A stretch of DNA of 61,033 nucleotides, filler included, from Basidioascus undulatus (taxonomy: Eukaryota): the NCBI GenBank assembly GCA_000826855.1. It is 8 parts of 8 records of this genome, joined end to end, with 100 filler letters (N's around TTAATTAATTAA, not from the genome) between each part and the next. Parts side by side here need not be neighbours in the genome. Positions count along the whole stretch, not along the records: positions 1 to 4,949 come from JTLS01002039.1; positions 5,050 to 30,859 come from JTLS01000204.1; 6 more parts are not named here. One strand, written 5' to 3'. Every line of letters begins with the position of its first letter. Position 1 is the stretch's first letter. This document shows, in pieces, positions 1 through 12,516 of the stretch. The notes under the pieces are model-generated. The model was given only the letters and a program-made list of their open reading frames with translations, did not search any database and was not told the origin of the DNA. Made by a program: the position numbers and the translations under genes.

Positions 1-574
1 GAATTCGCCGAAGTTCTGAACCATCAAGATCTTGCTCCAGCATTGTCAAGCTTGAGATGACGTTGGAATTCCACACCAATATACACTTTTTTCGCGGGAT
101 TCTTGTTTCTCCTTGCCTTCCGTCCGTTATATCCATACACAACCAGCACGCCGTAGCGCCCTCGCCCTGCTTCCAACTGGTCCTGCCTGGCGCTCCGGAC
201 TCCTCAGCTCAACTGCGATGAGCTCTCAGATCGCAACATGGAATATTGAAAATATTTGCCACGAGTGTGAGGGCTTGAAATAATCCGAGCCCTCGATCGC
301 GATTTCCCGAACGCAAATGCAGTCGTCGCAACGCCACAACGCGGCTCGCCTCCCCATCTTGACCTCCCACCTGCTCCAACTTTGCTGCACCGTGCCATCG
401 TGATAATGTCCCCAGGTTCAATTTTAACTTTGCAATTCTGCTTCTTCCCATGTCAGATGTGCTGGCACACCGCCCTGCAGCGACTTTTGTCTTACCCCTC
501 AATGTCTACTTCAAGGCACAATCACGGCGCTGTCACTCGGCGTCGTCCTTCGTTTCATATCGCCTGTCGCGGAT

Positions 575-3380
575 GTGCTGTTGCTTTTGGCTGCCTTGTT
601 GCTCCCTTCTCCATCTCCCCCCCATCTCGGACTGTGCTTCGCCCGCATTTTTCTTTCTCCGTTCGCCAACTACGTCGTTGCGCCCGCGGCGCCTGCCATC
701 CACCTTCCTCACTTGACATCGATCTTCTTTCGACGAGCACTACTCTCCGACGGTTCAGAGGTCGACAAGAGTGCATACTGGACACCATTGCTTTATCACT
801 ACAACACCTCTACGGGGGCCTACAATGCAATCAGGACGACACATACTCTACAGTGCTGTTGTGCGTGACGAGCTGTAACGGCTATCTGTCCGCGCCGGCT
901 ACTTTAGCAACCAGGTACACCACTACCACTTTACCCTTCCGCCATTCGATTCGGCATTTTTTGACGCTTCCCTATATCCTTCGCAGTACTATCTCCAGCG
1001 CCCCGGCCCTTCAAACGAGCCCTTTCACGCATTCCCGAAAGGCCTGCAGATGGTAGCTGGGAATCCGTTCAGGCGCACATACCATTGCCAGCAGCTTCAA
1101 AGACCAGGCTGTGTCGCTTGTCTGTCTGGTGAGTAACAAATTCATTATGTTGCTCAAGAGGTAGCACAATGACAGCGGAATTGACGTTGAAAGGGGCACC
1201 GTAGGACTACTACAACGACCATTCTGGCGACCCAGAGTGGGAGGAGCGCCCCGACCTCTTCAAGCACAACTGCACGCTGTTCATGACCATTTCTTGGCTT
1301 GACCACAGGTCCGGATGGTCTTCGAGCGCAGGTCTTCTTCCCCTCGTGCTGGGACGGCTTAAACCTCTACAAGTCGGATCAGTCTCACATGGCGCGCGTG
1401 GCTCTTTCGACGCTCTTGCCTATGTCGCATTGCTGTTGTTGATTTTAAACCTGTTGCGACAGCTATCCGATCCAGAACTACGTGCGTAGATGCCAGGACA
1501 GGGTGTCCTCGAACGCTTCTGATCGCTCACCGTCTCGCTGCGGGGACCGCTTTCACAGAACGGCGGTGACTGCCCCAAGTCGCACCCAGTGCACCTCATT
1601 TCCCTCTTCTATGAATTGTGAGTTGGGCCGCGCTTCACAACCATGTCTCTTCTCTGACTGCCCTCGGCCCTGTGCTTCTATAGCATTTACGACGTGGACA
1701 GCTGGCCGTTTGTCGAGGGCGAGACCAACTGGGTATCTTCAATTGATTTCCATTCAATCTGGCTACGGCGGCGTCTGAAGCGGCTTTCTCTTACAGGTCT
1801 TCTCCAACGGTGTGCTTGCCAACCATAGTCGCCGTGCGGTAGCTTATTGACATGTTAGCTGTTGCAGGCGACACGACCGGCCTTGGTTTCCACGGCGATT
1901 TCGAGAATGGTCCGTCTGGCTCTCCATTAGCCCCTTTAACTTTTCTGAGCACAACTGATCATTTCCACCACTTACCAGGCTGGGAGTCCGGCCCGAACTC
2001 CACGCTTGCCCGTTCTTCGAATTGCCAGGCGACAAACCCCTGTGGATCGGGACTGGGTTCCAAGCCCAGCCGGGGTACGTCAAACCAAAACGGGGAAGAC
2101 AGTTGAGCAGATAAAATGGACGTACTGATTCAAGGTTGAGGAAGTACAGGCATTCAGCCTACTCCGGGTTTCGTCATCAGCGCGTCAGCACCCGTTCCAG
2201 AGGGTTGGGCTGAGGTCGGCTGTATCGCAGAAGCTACCTCGGGTCGGGCGCTCAGTGCGTGACCAAATTTCACCTTTTATTATTTTCCTTCCCGATCCTT
2301 ACTCATCCTAATGCATGAAAATAGTGGCGTCATGTCTCTTCCACCAAGCCAACATGACCGTCCTGAACTATTGCGCAGGAAAAGGCGCCAGCTACGCGGG
2401 CCTTGAATACGGTTACGAGTGTTTCTGTGACGGCGCTCTGCGGAATGGAGGTTCGTCTCTTTTCGGTGTTTTTTTTTTCTTTCAGAATTTTGAGCATCCT
2501 TTAGCGCTAACGAGCTTGGATCCTTGTACAGCGACTGAGACGCTTCTCAAGTGGAACCAGTGCAGCATGGCTTGCGTACGCCCTCCCCCGGAGTTCCTAT
2601 ACTCAAACTGCGGAAACTGATTATTCCCTTCTCGACAGCCCGGATGGCCCACAGACAACTGCGGTGGCTCCAACACCCTCCGGCTCTTCCACAACGGGCA
2701 GATCGTGGACGACACTACCAAGGCTCTGCCCACCGGATGGTCTAGCTGTACGTCTGGTCCACAATTCAGGACACTAGTTATATTTCTTCTCGAACCGCCA
2801 TTGATGGCGCGCTCACAGACGGCTGTGCCATCGACAACGTCTCCGGCCGCGCGCTCAAGCAATCCGTCAGCGTCGAGGGCGATATGACCGTACGTGTCCC
2901 ACAGCCTTTCGAACATTATAGTCCCATGTATGCAGGAGCTTCAGCGGTCTTTTTAACTGACGCCCTTTCCTGGTCGCCATAGAACGAGAAATTGCATCGC
3001 GGCGTGCTCCAAAGCTGGGTTGTCTTACGCATGCGTACCGTTCGTTGGAAGTTTTCGAAGCAATGTCTGGGTTCTCATAAGGACATTTTGGGCTATAGGG
3101 AGTGCTGGTGCGGCTCTGCCTTCACCAACGGCGGCGGATCCATCGTAGACGACGAATCGTGCAACATGCCCTGCAAGGGTGCGTCCATGCTTCCTCGTCA
3201 CCTTTCATTCTTCGGAACCGTGCTCATCGTGAAGTGTACTCCCTATTCAGGTGACCGCTCTCAGACTTGCGGTGGATCAAACCGCCTCACCGCGTTTGCC
3301 CTCTCCATTGCCAACGCCACTGCCGCTGGTCACCAATCGAAGAGGCACGGCAATGGGCCGCACCGCTTGGCCAAGACTGA
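575..3380 (+). pseudogene. DUF1996 + 2x WSC domain secreted protein, multi-exon, disrupted
   Basis: Spliced exons give DKSAYWTPLLY, YYLQRPG..AFPKGLQMVAGNPFRR, HNCPDGLRAQVFFPSCWDG, CPKSHPVHLISLFYE and GDTTGLGFHGDFENGW (DUF1996). Two WSC repeats follow (GCIAEATSGRAL..YAGLEYGYECFC; GCAIDNVSGRAL..ECWCG..CNMPCKGDRSQTCGGSNRL). Frameshifts occur near 1082, 2055 and 2991. The N-terminal part of DUF1996 was not found; both ends are approximate. Confidence 0.8.
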
Positions 3381-3877
3381 GTGTGACGTTCAATACCAAT
3401 TTTTTGCTCTCGCAATACGATCTAAAGCCACTTTCCTCATTGAGCTCGTCGTTTCATCCGCATTCGCTTGTTCGTCTTCGTTAGTTCTTCGTACGGACGT
3501 CAAGCATCGCACCGCTGGTGGAGCATCTCTATCCCATTTTTTATTGTGCATGCTGCTTGTGAGGCAAAGAGAGTGCAATTTGTGATATGCAGCACCTAAA
3601 GGATCGCAACAATGCAAGGAATGACAGAGGCGCAGCAGGGAGGTTGCTTAAGTGTCGAAGCGAGTTCTTTCGCTTTACCGAAGTGTCGACTTGCCGCATA
3701 CTCGCAGACACTGGAAAGGAGAAGCTGGAAGGTAGGGCGAGCTACCGGAGACTTCGACAGTCGCGACAAGCCCTGTGCAATGTCTATCTCATAAATCTTC
3801 GACCCTTGCACAGGGACGCCCTAGACAGCCGCCTCAGCTACACCTAATAACCATGCAACACGTTTCTCGGTCTCCTT

Positions 3878-4410
3878 TCACTCAGCACCTCCGGGTCTTT
3901 CCTTCCTCTCAAAATCAGCTTGCATGCTCGAACTCATCCCCATGCAGCGTAGGCGCGTACCTAGCTCGTCCCTTCCCGCCACCCGCGCCTCGACCGCCGC
4001 CGGCTGGCCGACCCACCGACCCTGCTCCTGCTCCCAGCTCTCCGGCACGTCCGCGAGGGGCACATCGAACCCCATTGGGTCGAACGCCTCAGCGACCTGG
4101 GGATTCACGTTTGGGAAGGCCTTGCTCAGCGGGGGGGCCGGATCTCGGGCTGTCCATTTCATCCGACGAGTCAGTCCTGGTGTGGGAAGGGAGGAAGCCA
4201 GCGCACCGCGTGCGCACCATGGGCGTCCTCCTCCTCGTCGTGCTCCCGATCACGCTCGAGATCTTCCAGGTGGACCTGCACCCCTTGGGACGTCCCGAGA
4301 ACGTGCAGCTCCTCGGACGATTCGAGCGTGGATAGGTCGTCGTCCGTCGGCGGGCCAAAGTCGCGGTCTGTGAAGGCGCGGTCTAGAGATACGGGGGTTA
4401 GGGGTGGCAT
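3878..4410 (-). CDS. Small acidic hypothetical protein (spliced; frame across first intron uncertain)
   Basis: ATG at 4410 (MPPLTPVSLDRAFTDRDFGPP..). A GTGCGC..ACAG intron lies at about 4206-4150. The next coding-like exon reads PLSKAFPNVNPQVAEAFDPMGFDVPL. No family recognised; 3' end approximate. Confidence 0.45.
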
Positions 4411-4949
4411 TTTTTTTGGTAAGAAAGGAAAGAGAATCTGATGAGACAGACACACAGCACATGCGATGAACCTATCGACCAGCACTGTCGTCTTGCTCGT
4501 GAAGGAAGGTTTACCTCCATCATCGTGACACAAAACCACCTCGGCGAGCCAGGATAGCGGGAATTCAACAGTAACTCAATGAAGACTCACGTACTTGATT
4601 TCGGGCCTTCTCGATTCGCAACTGTGCGATGGAGGAAGCGCACCGCACTAAAGTTGCTTGTTCGCAGATTTAGTACGCCCCAGAGAGAAACCGGCGACCG
4701 ATATTTGAAAGGAATGTATTGGTTGCTAAAGAGGATACACAACAGTTCACAAGGGGAGTCTGTCTTGAAATCTAGAGAAGGGAACAGACGGCACGAAGAT
4801 TGTAAACTTCAGCAACGCGTCTCGCAACAATCCGAATGAAGAGCCTCCCAAAAACTGACGCTCCCCAATCCAACATCCTCCCACCGAAAGCACTTCTATC
4901 TGCCACAAGGCCCGAGAGAGTGCAACAAGCCGTGATCCTAAGCATAGTC

Positions 4950-5049
4950 NNNNNNNNNNNNNNNNNNNNNNNNNNNNNNNNNNNNNNNNNNNNTTAATTA
5001 ATTAANNNNNNNNNNNNNNNNNNNNNNNNNNNNNNNNNNNNNNNNNNNN
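4950..5049. other. Artificial contig linker (N44-TTAATTAATTAA-N44)
   Basis: 100-nt spacer with an all-frame stop cassette; identical at 7 positions in the window. Confidence 0.98.
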
Positions 5050-6253
5050 CGGGCGGAGGAGGAGGGAGCGGGAGGGGTCGGAGGGCGAGAGGGGGAAGGA
5101 GGGGGGGGAGGGCGAGTCGGACGCGGTGGTGAAGAGGATCCGGTCCGTCCAGCCTGGTATCCGCTTTTGACTGAAGGTGGCGAGTCTTCAATAAGGGATA
5201 CGATCAAAGTGAACCATACTCAAAGGAGAGCACTAACCTGAGCTTGTCCTTGCTCTCGGCCTCGTACTTGTACGTCGGCCGGAACGCGCCCACATCGGCC
5301 TCGCGCAAGCCGCGCATCGTCTCGCCTGCCCTGCGTGCCTGCGTGAGCTGGTCGTGCTCGACAAGCGCGGCGCGGTCGTCCGCGATGAGACCAGCGAGCA
5401 TCTGCCTGCTGAGCAAGCGCGGGGCGGTGAGATTCAGGCGATAGTTGAGGTCGCCGAGGACGAAGAGGTGCGTCGTGTCGTAGATGGATGAGGCGCCGTC
5501 GGACTTCGACCCCGGCGCGGGCTGGAAGAGAAGGCGGGAGACAATGGACGCGTAGTTGGCGTTCCGTAGGGAAACATTGCGGTCGTGTGGCGCTAGATGG
5601 GCATTGACGAACCTGCGGTGCAGCGACCAACCTGAATCGGCCCAGTCCCACATCCGCGCCTCGCAGGGTACTCGAGAAACTCACGTAAAGACCTCATCCG
5701 CCTCCTCTCCCCGCAGCGCGAACCGAATGCCCACCGCGCCCTTGTTCCCCCCGATCCCCCCAAAGCCCGTGCCCACCTGCGCGTACTGCACGCTGCGCAC
5801 GCGCCGCGCCGTATCCGGCCGCGCAAAGACCATGAACGCCAGACCGACCTGCGCGATCTGCGCGACGGACACGTATGCGGCCTCGCCGGAGTTGGAGGAC
5901 GAGGGGAGGTGCTTGGCGAGCGTGCGGTGGATGATGGATGCGTGCAAGCGGAGCATGTCGGTCGTGATGCCGAGCACTGGGGGAACACCGCGCAACCAGT
6001 CAGAATCTTCCGTCTGCTGAGAGATTGGGACGAGAACGCAATATGGATACGCACAGCCCTGATGGAGAGGCACAAACTCCTGCCATCCGACAACGACGAT
6101 GTCCGGCGGGGCAGCGCCGCCCTTGCTATCGCTTTCGAGGACGGGCACGAGCCAGCTGGCGAGGTCGGGCGGGCGCGTCGGGAGGAAGGACTGCTGCCCT
6201 AGGTTGTACGAGCACAGCTGCACGCGCACGCCCGCCGCCGCTGGGAGCTGCAT
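5050..6253 (-). CDS. Inositol polyphosphate 5-phosphatase (IPPc, EEP fold), 3' end truncated by gap
   Basis: Motifs CSYNLG, PDIVVVGWQE, GNKGAVGIRF, FVNAHLA, FVLGDLNYRL, FRPTYKY and RIPGWTDRILF are joined across GT-AG introns. Confidence 0.93.
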
Positions 6254-7092
6254 CGCTTGAGAGGAGGAGGAGGGGGAGGAGATGGTGAAGGTGCGTGGGA
6301 GAGTTTGGAGGGCGGTGAGCTCCTGGACCAACCCACAAGGAAACTCTCGCCAGTCCGAACTTGTCTCCTGAACCCGACACTACTACGAACGGCCCTCCTC
6401 ATCCCGGACATAGCAAACTGGCTTCTGGGACATGCGAAGTCGTCAAGCCTTTGCAAGCTGGTGGCAGTCGATTTCAACACCCGGGGGGGATGTGCCTCGT
6501 AGATTGAGATGGTCAACTGACTTTGGCGAGGCTGCAGTCTACCTTACTCGTTGTCGTAACACCATGCTTTCGCTTCATCTTACCGGGGCAGGCTGACTTG
6601 CCCTTTTCAGGTGTAAATTATCCAAGCTAAGAAGCAACCAATGACAGGCATGCTCTAATGTCCGGCGTTGACGTCGAACTGTTTTCGTACTTGAGGCCTA
6701 CACAGTGTACACAGACTATCGTCCGCCGTAGTCACGATCATATAGAGGAATAAAATCTCTATTCAATGGAACTCATCCAGTGCATTACAATATCAGTCTA
6801 TGCGCTCTTGCAGGCGGCGAGACGCCGGTCAGCAGTCTTGCATACAGAGGGGCAGAGTCCCATAGAACCCCCAGCCCCATGAATCGTCGCTGTCGTTCCT
6901 AAAAGCGGGCATCTGGCGCTAACGACTAACTTCATTTTACCTTCACGGACGCTTGACATGACACGCATCGAGCTGCAGCAGCGATGCATGGCGCGAAAGT
7001 TACTCCTCAATATCCACTGCCTTGCGCGCCCTTAAAAAGCCCTCGAGCCGTCCCTGCTTTCCCACTCATACCAGCCCCTCAACTGGCCCACC

Positions 7093-8753
7093 TCATCCCG
7101 AAGCAGCAACATGGCATCTCGACGCGTCAAGGGCGTCGAGCATCTTCAACTTGGGACACGTCCGACAGAGCTCCCTCGTGGCCGCTTTCTTGCTCGCGTG
7201 ATGGAGAGACCGGTCCTTGTCGCTGCCGCCGGACTTATGCGGGGACGGAGAGCAGATAGCGATAGCGCGTAATGTTTCAAGATGATAGAAGCGGGAAAGT
7301 GCGCGGAACCAAGCCTGCTCAATGGATGTGAAAGGAGAGCCGTTTAAGCCTGCGTCCAAAGGCATGCAGAAACCTGTGGCAAAGACATTACGCACCGTTT
7401 TGTTGCCCCGCCTGGCGGGATTCCACCAAAAGTCGAGCCATCGAAGTCCCGGCACCTTGCTCGCGAGCACCTCCAGCTGATCGAGCCTCATGTCGCGCCA
7501 GAATAGCAGCTCGAGCTTCTGGTTTCCTCCGTGCTCTCCGAGTGCGTCCACGAACTCGGCGGCTTCCTGCTCCGCTTGCGGAGAGTCCGAAGCTAGGTGA
7601 ACACACCGCTGATCGTCCTGAGCGACGGGCGCGCGCAGAACGGCAAGGGCATTGCGCGTGGAGCCGCTGAAGGATTCGAACTTTGGAAGGCACGATGCAG
7701 GAAAGCGAAGAGAGATCGATCGAATCAAGGGAAAGTGGGTGATCGAAGGGTGGGAAGCGATAAAGGAGGAATACAGGCGTTGGAACCGAGATGGAGGAGA
7801 GGCTGAGAGACCGAAGAGCAGGGATGTGAAGAGGGGGCTCCCGTTCGGCGGTCCGAGTGTAGTAAAAATCTTGCACAGAAATGGGGGCAGAAGGACGTAA
7901 GTCGTAAGACGAAGACTGCGAGTAAGCTGAAATAACCTCACCGTATTTAAGCGAGAGCATATGAAGATTCGGGCACCGGTCGTGAAGCATCCTTGCCAAG
8001 GGTACCAGATTTGGCCCCACGCTGTTTGGGTGTACGTTGCAGTACTCTCGGGAGGTGAAGTGGAACTGCTCCAGCCAGCCTATCTCCCAGATCTGCCAAA
8101 GACGGCGGTTGTATCAAAACAGCGATGTCCCCGCTCTCAGCCGTTGCTGAATTGTCAGCGGCGCACCTTCGAATCCTCGGTCTACACAGGCTTTATCGTC
8201 GTTCCAGAACCATAGTCATCGTCATCCACGTCAAGGCGGATCAGATTGGGACATTGCTTCCGGAGCACGTCCCAAAGCTTGGCGGGGGGGTGTCCCGGGC
8301 TCCTTACAGTCGTAAGTGCTGCAGCGCTCTAGTCCGGCTCACGGCCTTGCGAGAGCGGACGCCTGCTCCTCCAGCCAGCTCTGAGCATCCAGGAGCTCCC
8401 GCCTTCGCTCGCGTTGGTCTCCTCCTCCTCCTCCTTTTCGGCCTGACGCCGGATCTCGGCGCGCTCAACGTCCGCCAAAGATGCCGGGACGAACTCCCTT
8501 TTCAAGCCCGTTTTCGTCGTTGACGAATGATCGAATGTGCACGGACAGACCGGGAGGAAGCCAAGTGGTTTCAAAGGATTGGGCGATCGAGGTAGGTCCG
8601 AATGAAGCGGAGATCGAACGGGTGTGGATGGACATGTGCGTGAAGACAACGACAGGTGAGGGAGACGGCGAGAAGGTCGCGAGGGTCAGGTATGAAGAAT
8701 ATGATACGGGAGAGAAGCTCTGATGAGAGGATCAGGAATGTCTGAGAAGGCAT
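7093..8753 (-). pseudogene. F-box / LRR-like protein pseudogene
   Basis: N-terminal F-box (FLILSSELLSRIIFFIPDPRDLLAVSLTCRCLH), then premature TGA at 8571-8573 (LDRPIL*NHLA) and TAG at 8182-8184, plus frame changes. LRR-like segments: LWDVLRKQCPNLIRLDV, MLHDRCPNLHMLSL, VPGLRWLDF, CPKLKMLD. Confidence 0.75.
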
Positions 8754-11700
8754 TGCTAGCGAAGTTCGAGGCGAAAGGCGGAGAAAGGCGGTGAGAGGTG
8801 TTGGGGTACAAAGCAGGCCAGGAGCGCGTTTCGTCGTTCAGCTGGGCTCGGGCTTGCTCGGCGGCTGGTGGGCCAACATACAGAAGGCGGCAGCTCAAGG
8901 CAGCTTGTTGCTGTGGCGGAGTATTTAGTCATGCTCAAGAGTCTTCGCAATGAAGAGCCATTTGCAAGTAAAAGCTGTGAATATGATCATTGTGATCCGA
9001 ACTTTCCTAGCAATCAGTCTGCACTCGCCGACCAGCGCAGCGTCGGTGGTCGCTGGTTGCCAGGGTGTTTCCGTACGTCAATGAGTGAAGACCTAGATAC
9101 AGTGGGTCATAAAAGAAACCATCGCACAGCGAACTGACCTTGACGTGTACTCATCTTGCGCGTTCTGTTATTATCTGAATGGGTCGGTGATAGCTCATTG
9201 CTGCGAGGTTTTGATTCAGGTTTCCGTATTTTCAAGGCCTTCAGATTCGATTTTGAGATCACAATAGGACACCACGGATACTTGGAGCTCAATTCGTGAG
9301 AGTTTCTCATGTGTATGTAGGAAAGTGAAATCGTGAGCGAGAGGCCGGCTACGGTCACACTTCGCTTGTTGCCGGAACACCAGCAATTGAGCGAACAAAT
9401 CTGACTATCAGTGGGGTCAGCCGATACATTAACAGAGGATTCTTCATTTAGTAGGCTTGTTCTGTCAGGGATGTGGCTCCAGTACGATGCTGGGAGTCTC
9501 CTGCATGTACCACGAACCAGTTCTTCAGCAAGTAGGTTTGCACGCTCATGCCCGCCCTCCTCCTCCCACAAGGCGGTCACTGTATCGCGAAGACCTACTC
9601 ATATTCTTTTCTGGTCCCATATCTCGGGCTTACATGATTGATGTTGGTAGAAAGCTTCGAGCCTGTGCTGCGGCGGCTTCGGGTTGGCTTCGGGTTCCAA
9701 GTCGTCTACGGAGGCGTGTCGTCAAGGCTAGCAGCGTGGAGGCGGTCAAGGTAACCAGATAATGCCGCGAGATAGTGGAAAGAGGCTTCAGGAGTACGTT
9801 TGACCTCTGGTTCGAAATAGCCGGCGGTATGAAGAGCCTAAGCGCTATATCACAGACTGATCCTCAATTGAGTGCCGCTCTCTGGCCGCGGCTGTGTCCT
9901 GCATTCCCACTCGAGAGCGAAAGCAGAGGTGTACAACTATGAGACCAAATTCCATACATTTCATCTTTAGAAATGGAAGATGATTTTACGAGAACAGGCT
10001 GACCTGCACGCTTTAGTCGTTGAGAAACTGCTCAACCGCACGCACGTAGTGACAAGCGACCACATACTCCCTTTCACTGCCTTCGGGCTGCACAAACTGC
10101 TGCACACTACAGTGCGCACAGACCCTCGTCCGATCTGCTCACGGCCCGCAGGTGTGCGAAATACACCAGATCTAATTACCCACAGGCGGCCAGGGGTCGG
10201 TCCGCAGTCATGCATGGGCGGCAGCTCGACCAAGCTCGACCGCGCAGAACGGCAGAATTCCAGAGAATCCCCCCACTGGACCTCCGTTTCCGGACCCAGT
10301 GCTCCACCAGTCACCCTTGTTACTTCGTATTACCCGCGTCAGTTCGTTCGTGTTTCGTAGTTCTCCTGAATGTCTCCTCCATCCGAGTCCGTCGTCGGAG
10401 GAGGTGGAAGCGCCCCTGCCAGAAGGCGCAATCTGAACACCTCTCCACCTCCACAGAGTCCATACACTTACTTGTTCACGATCAGACGTCAGCTTCTTCT
10501 CCATCGAAGCGAAGTGAATCGGAAGCGATACCAACCCAAGGCCAACTGCAAGCCGGAAGGCATCGGCCGTGATCCCTCTCAGGCTCACCGGCACGAGCGG
10601 GCCGGCGCATCGCTAGCGCAGGGGACGGCCAAACAGCGGGCAACGGAGGCAAGCGAGCTGTGCATTCTGCCCCAGCCGAGTCGTACCTGGCGCTAGAACA
10701 GACTAGGATGGTTTCGTTAATTAATGCCCCTGCATTTTGGGGTTCGTGGCCCCATATGGCCCCACGCTCCCCAAGCTATCTTCGACGGCAGTGTTCGAAA
10801 GTGGGCGCGATGCTTGGGGAGTTCTGATGGGCAAGGCTTGCACGTTGCAACAACGACATGCTGTCGAACTTGGAGGAACTGCTGGTAGCCAGATGATGGT
10901 GTACGCGAAAAGCAGTGCACTTGAAAGGTCATGCTATTGCGTTTCAATTGTTTCGGTGCATCCCCACAGCTAGGAACTAGCTATAGCACAGTGCCTGAGC
11001 GACTTCGGCTCCGTAGCTGCACGCCAAACTTCCAGCGATGTATCGTCCAAGTACAGCATTATGTGCTGTGGTCCACTCGCCTTTTTCTCGTGCAAGAATA
11101 ACTCTCAAGAACACAGCTGTACGTAGTGTGTACGACGGCTGGCCGGTCCGGAGGGCGAGCCAGCCTGTGAAAGAAGTTGACGACGTTGACGATGGCACCA
11201 CAGGCGCATTCGCGTGCCATGACCACCGCCACGGGCGTCGCCATGGCTGCTAATTGGGTCGTCAGATTCGAAGCCTATAATTCGGTAGTAGTTCTCAGTG
11301 CGCGTAGTCGGGAGTGCTCCCAGTGCAATAGGCCAGGAAGTAACCTCGTGTTGGCCTGGCAAGGACGGTAGTTGGAAAAGCCCGTCTCATCTTCACCCCA
11401 CTCGTTCTCTTCTATCAAGTCTGTATACCAGGCGGTAAGATGTTGTAGTGCTGTGTGAGAACGGTGATGCCGTGAAAGTTACGGGCGACAGGGACAAAGA
11501 AGCTGTCGGGCATCGGGGTGTCTTAAGTGCGGCCGCCGAGGTACACAACTGCATGCAGTGTACCTACTTCTACTGGCTTGTTCCAGGGACGAGCGGCCTA
11601 GGGCGGCAGGGGTCGCTCCTTCTCCCCTTGCCTCCATCTCCTCCTCTTGTCCCTCCTCCTCAACGGCATCGGCTCAGGCGCGGCGCTCAGCCCCCCAGCT

Positions 11701-12516
11701 CCCCTTCCCTCCCCTCCGCCCCCCCATCGCCAGTGACCGGATACCGCTTGAGCTTCGGTGCGCACAAATTCTCCATTAACGCTTGCCGCCTCGTCCCGTT
11801 ATCGTGCAGCGGCGGCGTAGGGGCATGGGCCGTTCGTCTGCTGACTCTGGTCTCCCCCTCCTCCCCTCCCGTCTCCCCTTTCGCCTCCTCCTTCCCTCTT
11901 GCGTCAATCTTTCGTTGCGAACACCATGCCAGCTCGCGACCCGGCCTGCGCACTCTCCACCCCCCGCGATTATCCCTGCGATTGCACGCTTCCCAGCGAT
12001 ATCAGCGCCGCCGCACCGTGCCGTTGCCCACCAGCTTTACCCGCGATCTCCCCCCTCCCCCTCCCCCCCTTGCCTACTCGGTAATTGCCTCTAACGCTGG
12101 TTCGTCGCGATTGGCATTGTGAGTCTCTGGCTGCGAAACGTTCTGCTGATGCCACAACAGTCGGTTTGCTAACGTCTCCCGGGCTGTGCTGTTGTGTGGG
12201 CAGCCGATCAACCTTCCTCCCCCCCATTCCCAAATCGATAAATACCCCACTTCCTCACCGACTCGTTCGATATAGGCGTCCGCTTGACTTACGTCGCGTA
12301 ACCGGTTGACGACATCCCCTCCAACACCAAACTTCACGATCTTCGCGAAGCTCGTAAGTTCCGTCTCCCTGCCCCGCGATATGCGCCTCTACTGACTCGT
12401 CGACGTCCCCCTCGTGTCCGCCTGCAGCTCCCTCGCATATCGCTCGTTTCGTCTGTCCCCCCAATTTTTAATTTTTTTGGCACGACACCCACACCCACGC
12501 AAGTGCAATTATCACC

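Noticed and set aside
3878..4410. APC13/Swm1 assignment for the small acidic protein
   Set aside because: The suggestive MKWT falls inside the predicted intron, and the similarity is otherwise only compositional.
4994..5005. Regularly spaced TTAATTAATTAA as a CRISPR-like or biological repeat
   Set aside because: It always sits inside N runs of identical length, so it is a synthetic linker.
8571..8573. Alternative genetic code with TGA read as Trp
   Set aside because: Intact genes (bHLH, adaptin, RVS161, NmrA, OST5) end in TGA and use TGG for Trp.
8900..11500. Transposon or viral insert in long gene-free intervals (also 30960-32600 and 47000-50700)
   Set aside because: I recognised no reverse transcriptase, integrase, transposase or capsid motifs and no terminal repeats. 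The intervals may hold very decayed genes, but I cannot support a call.
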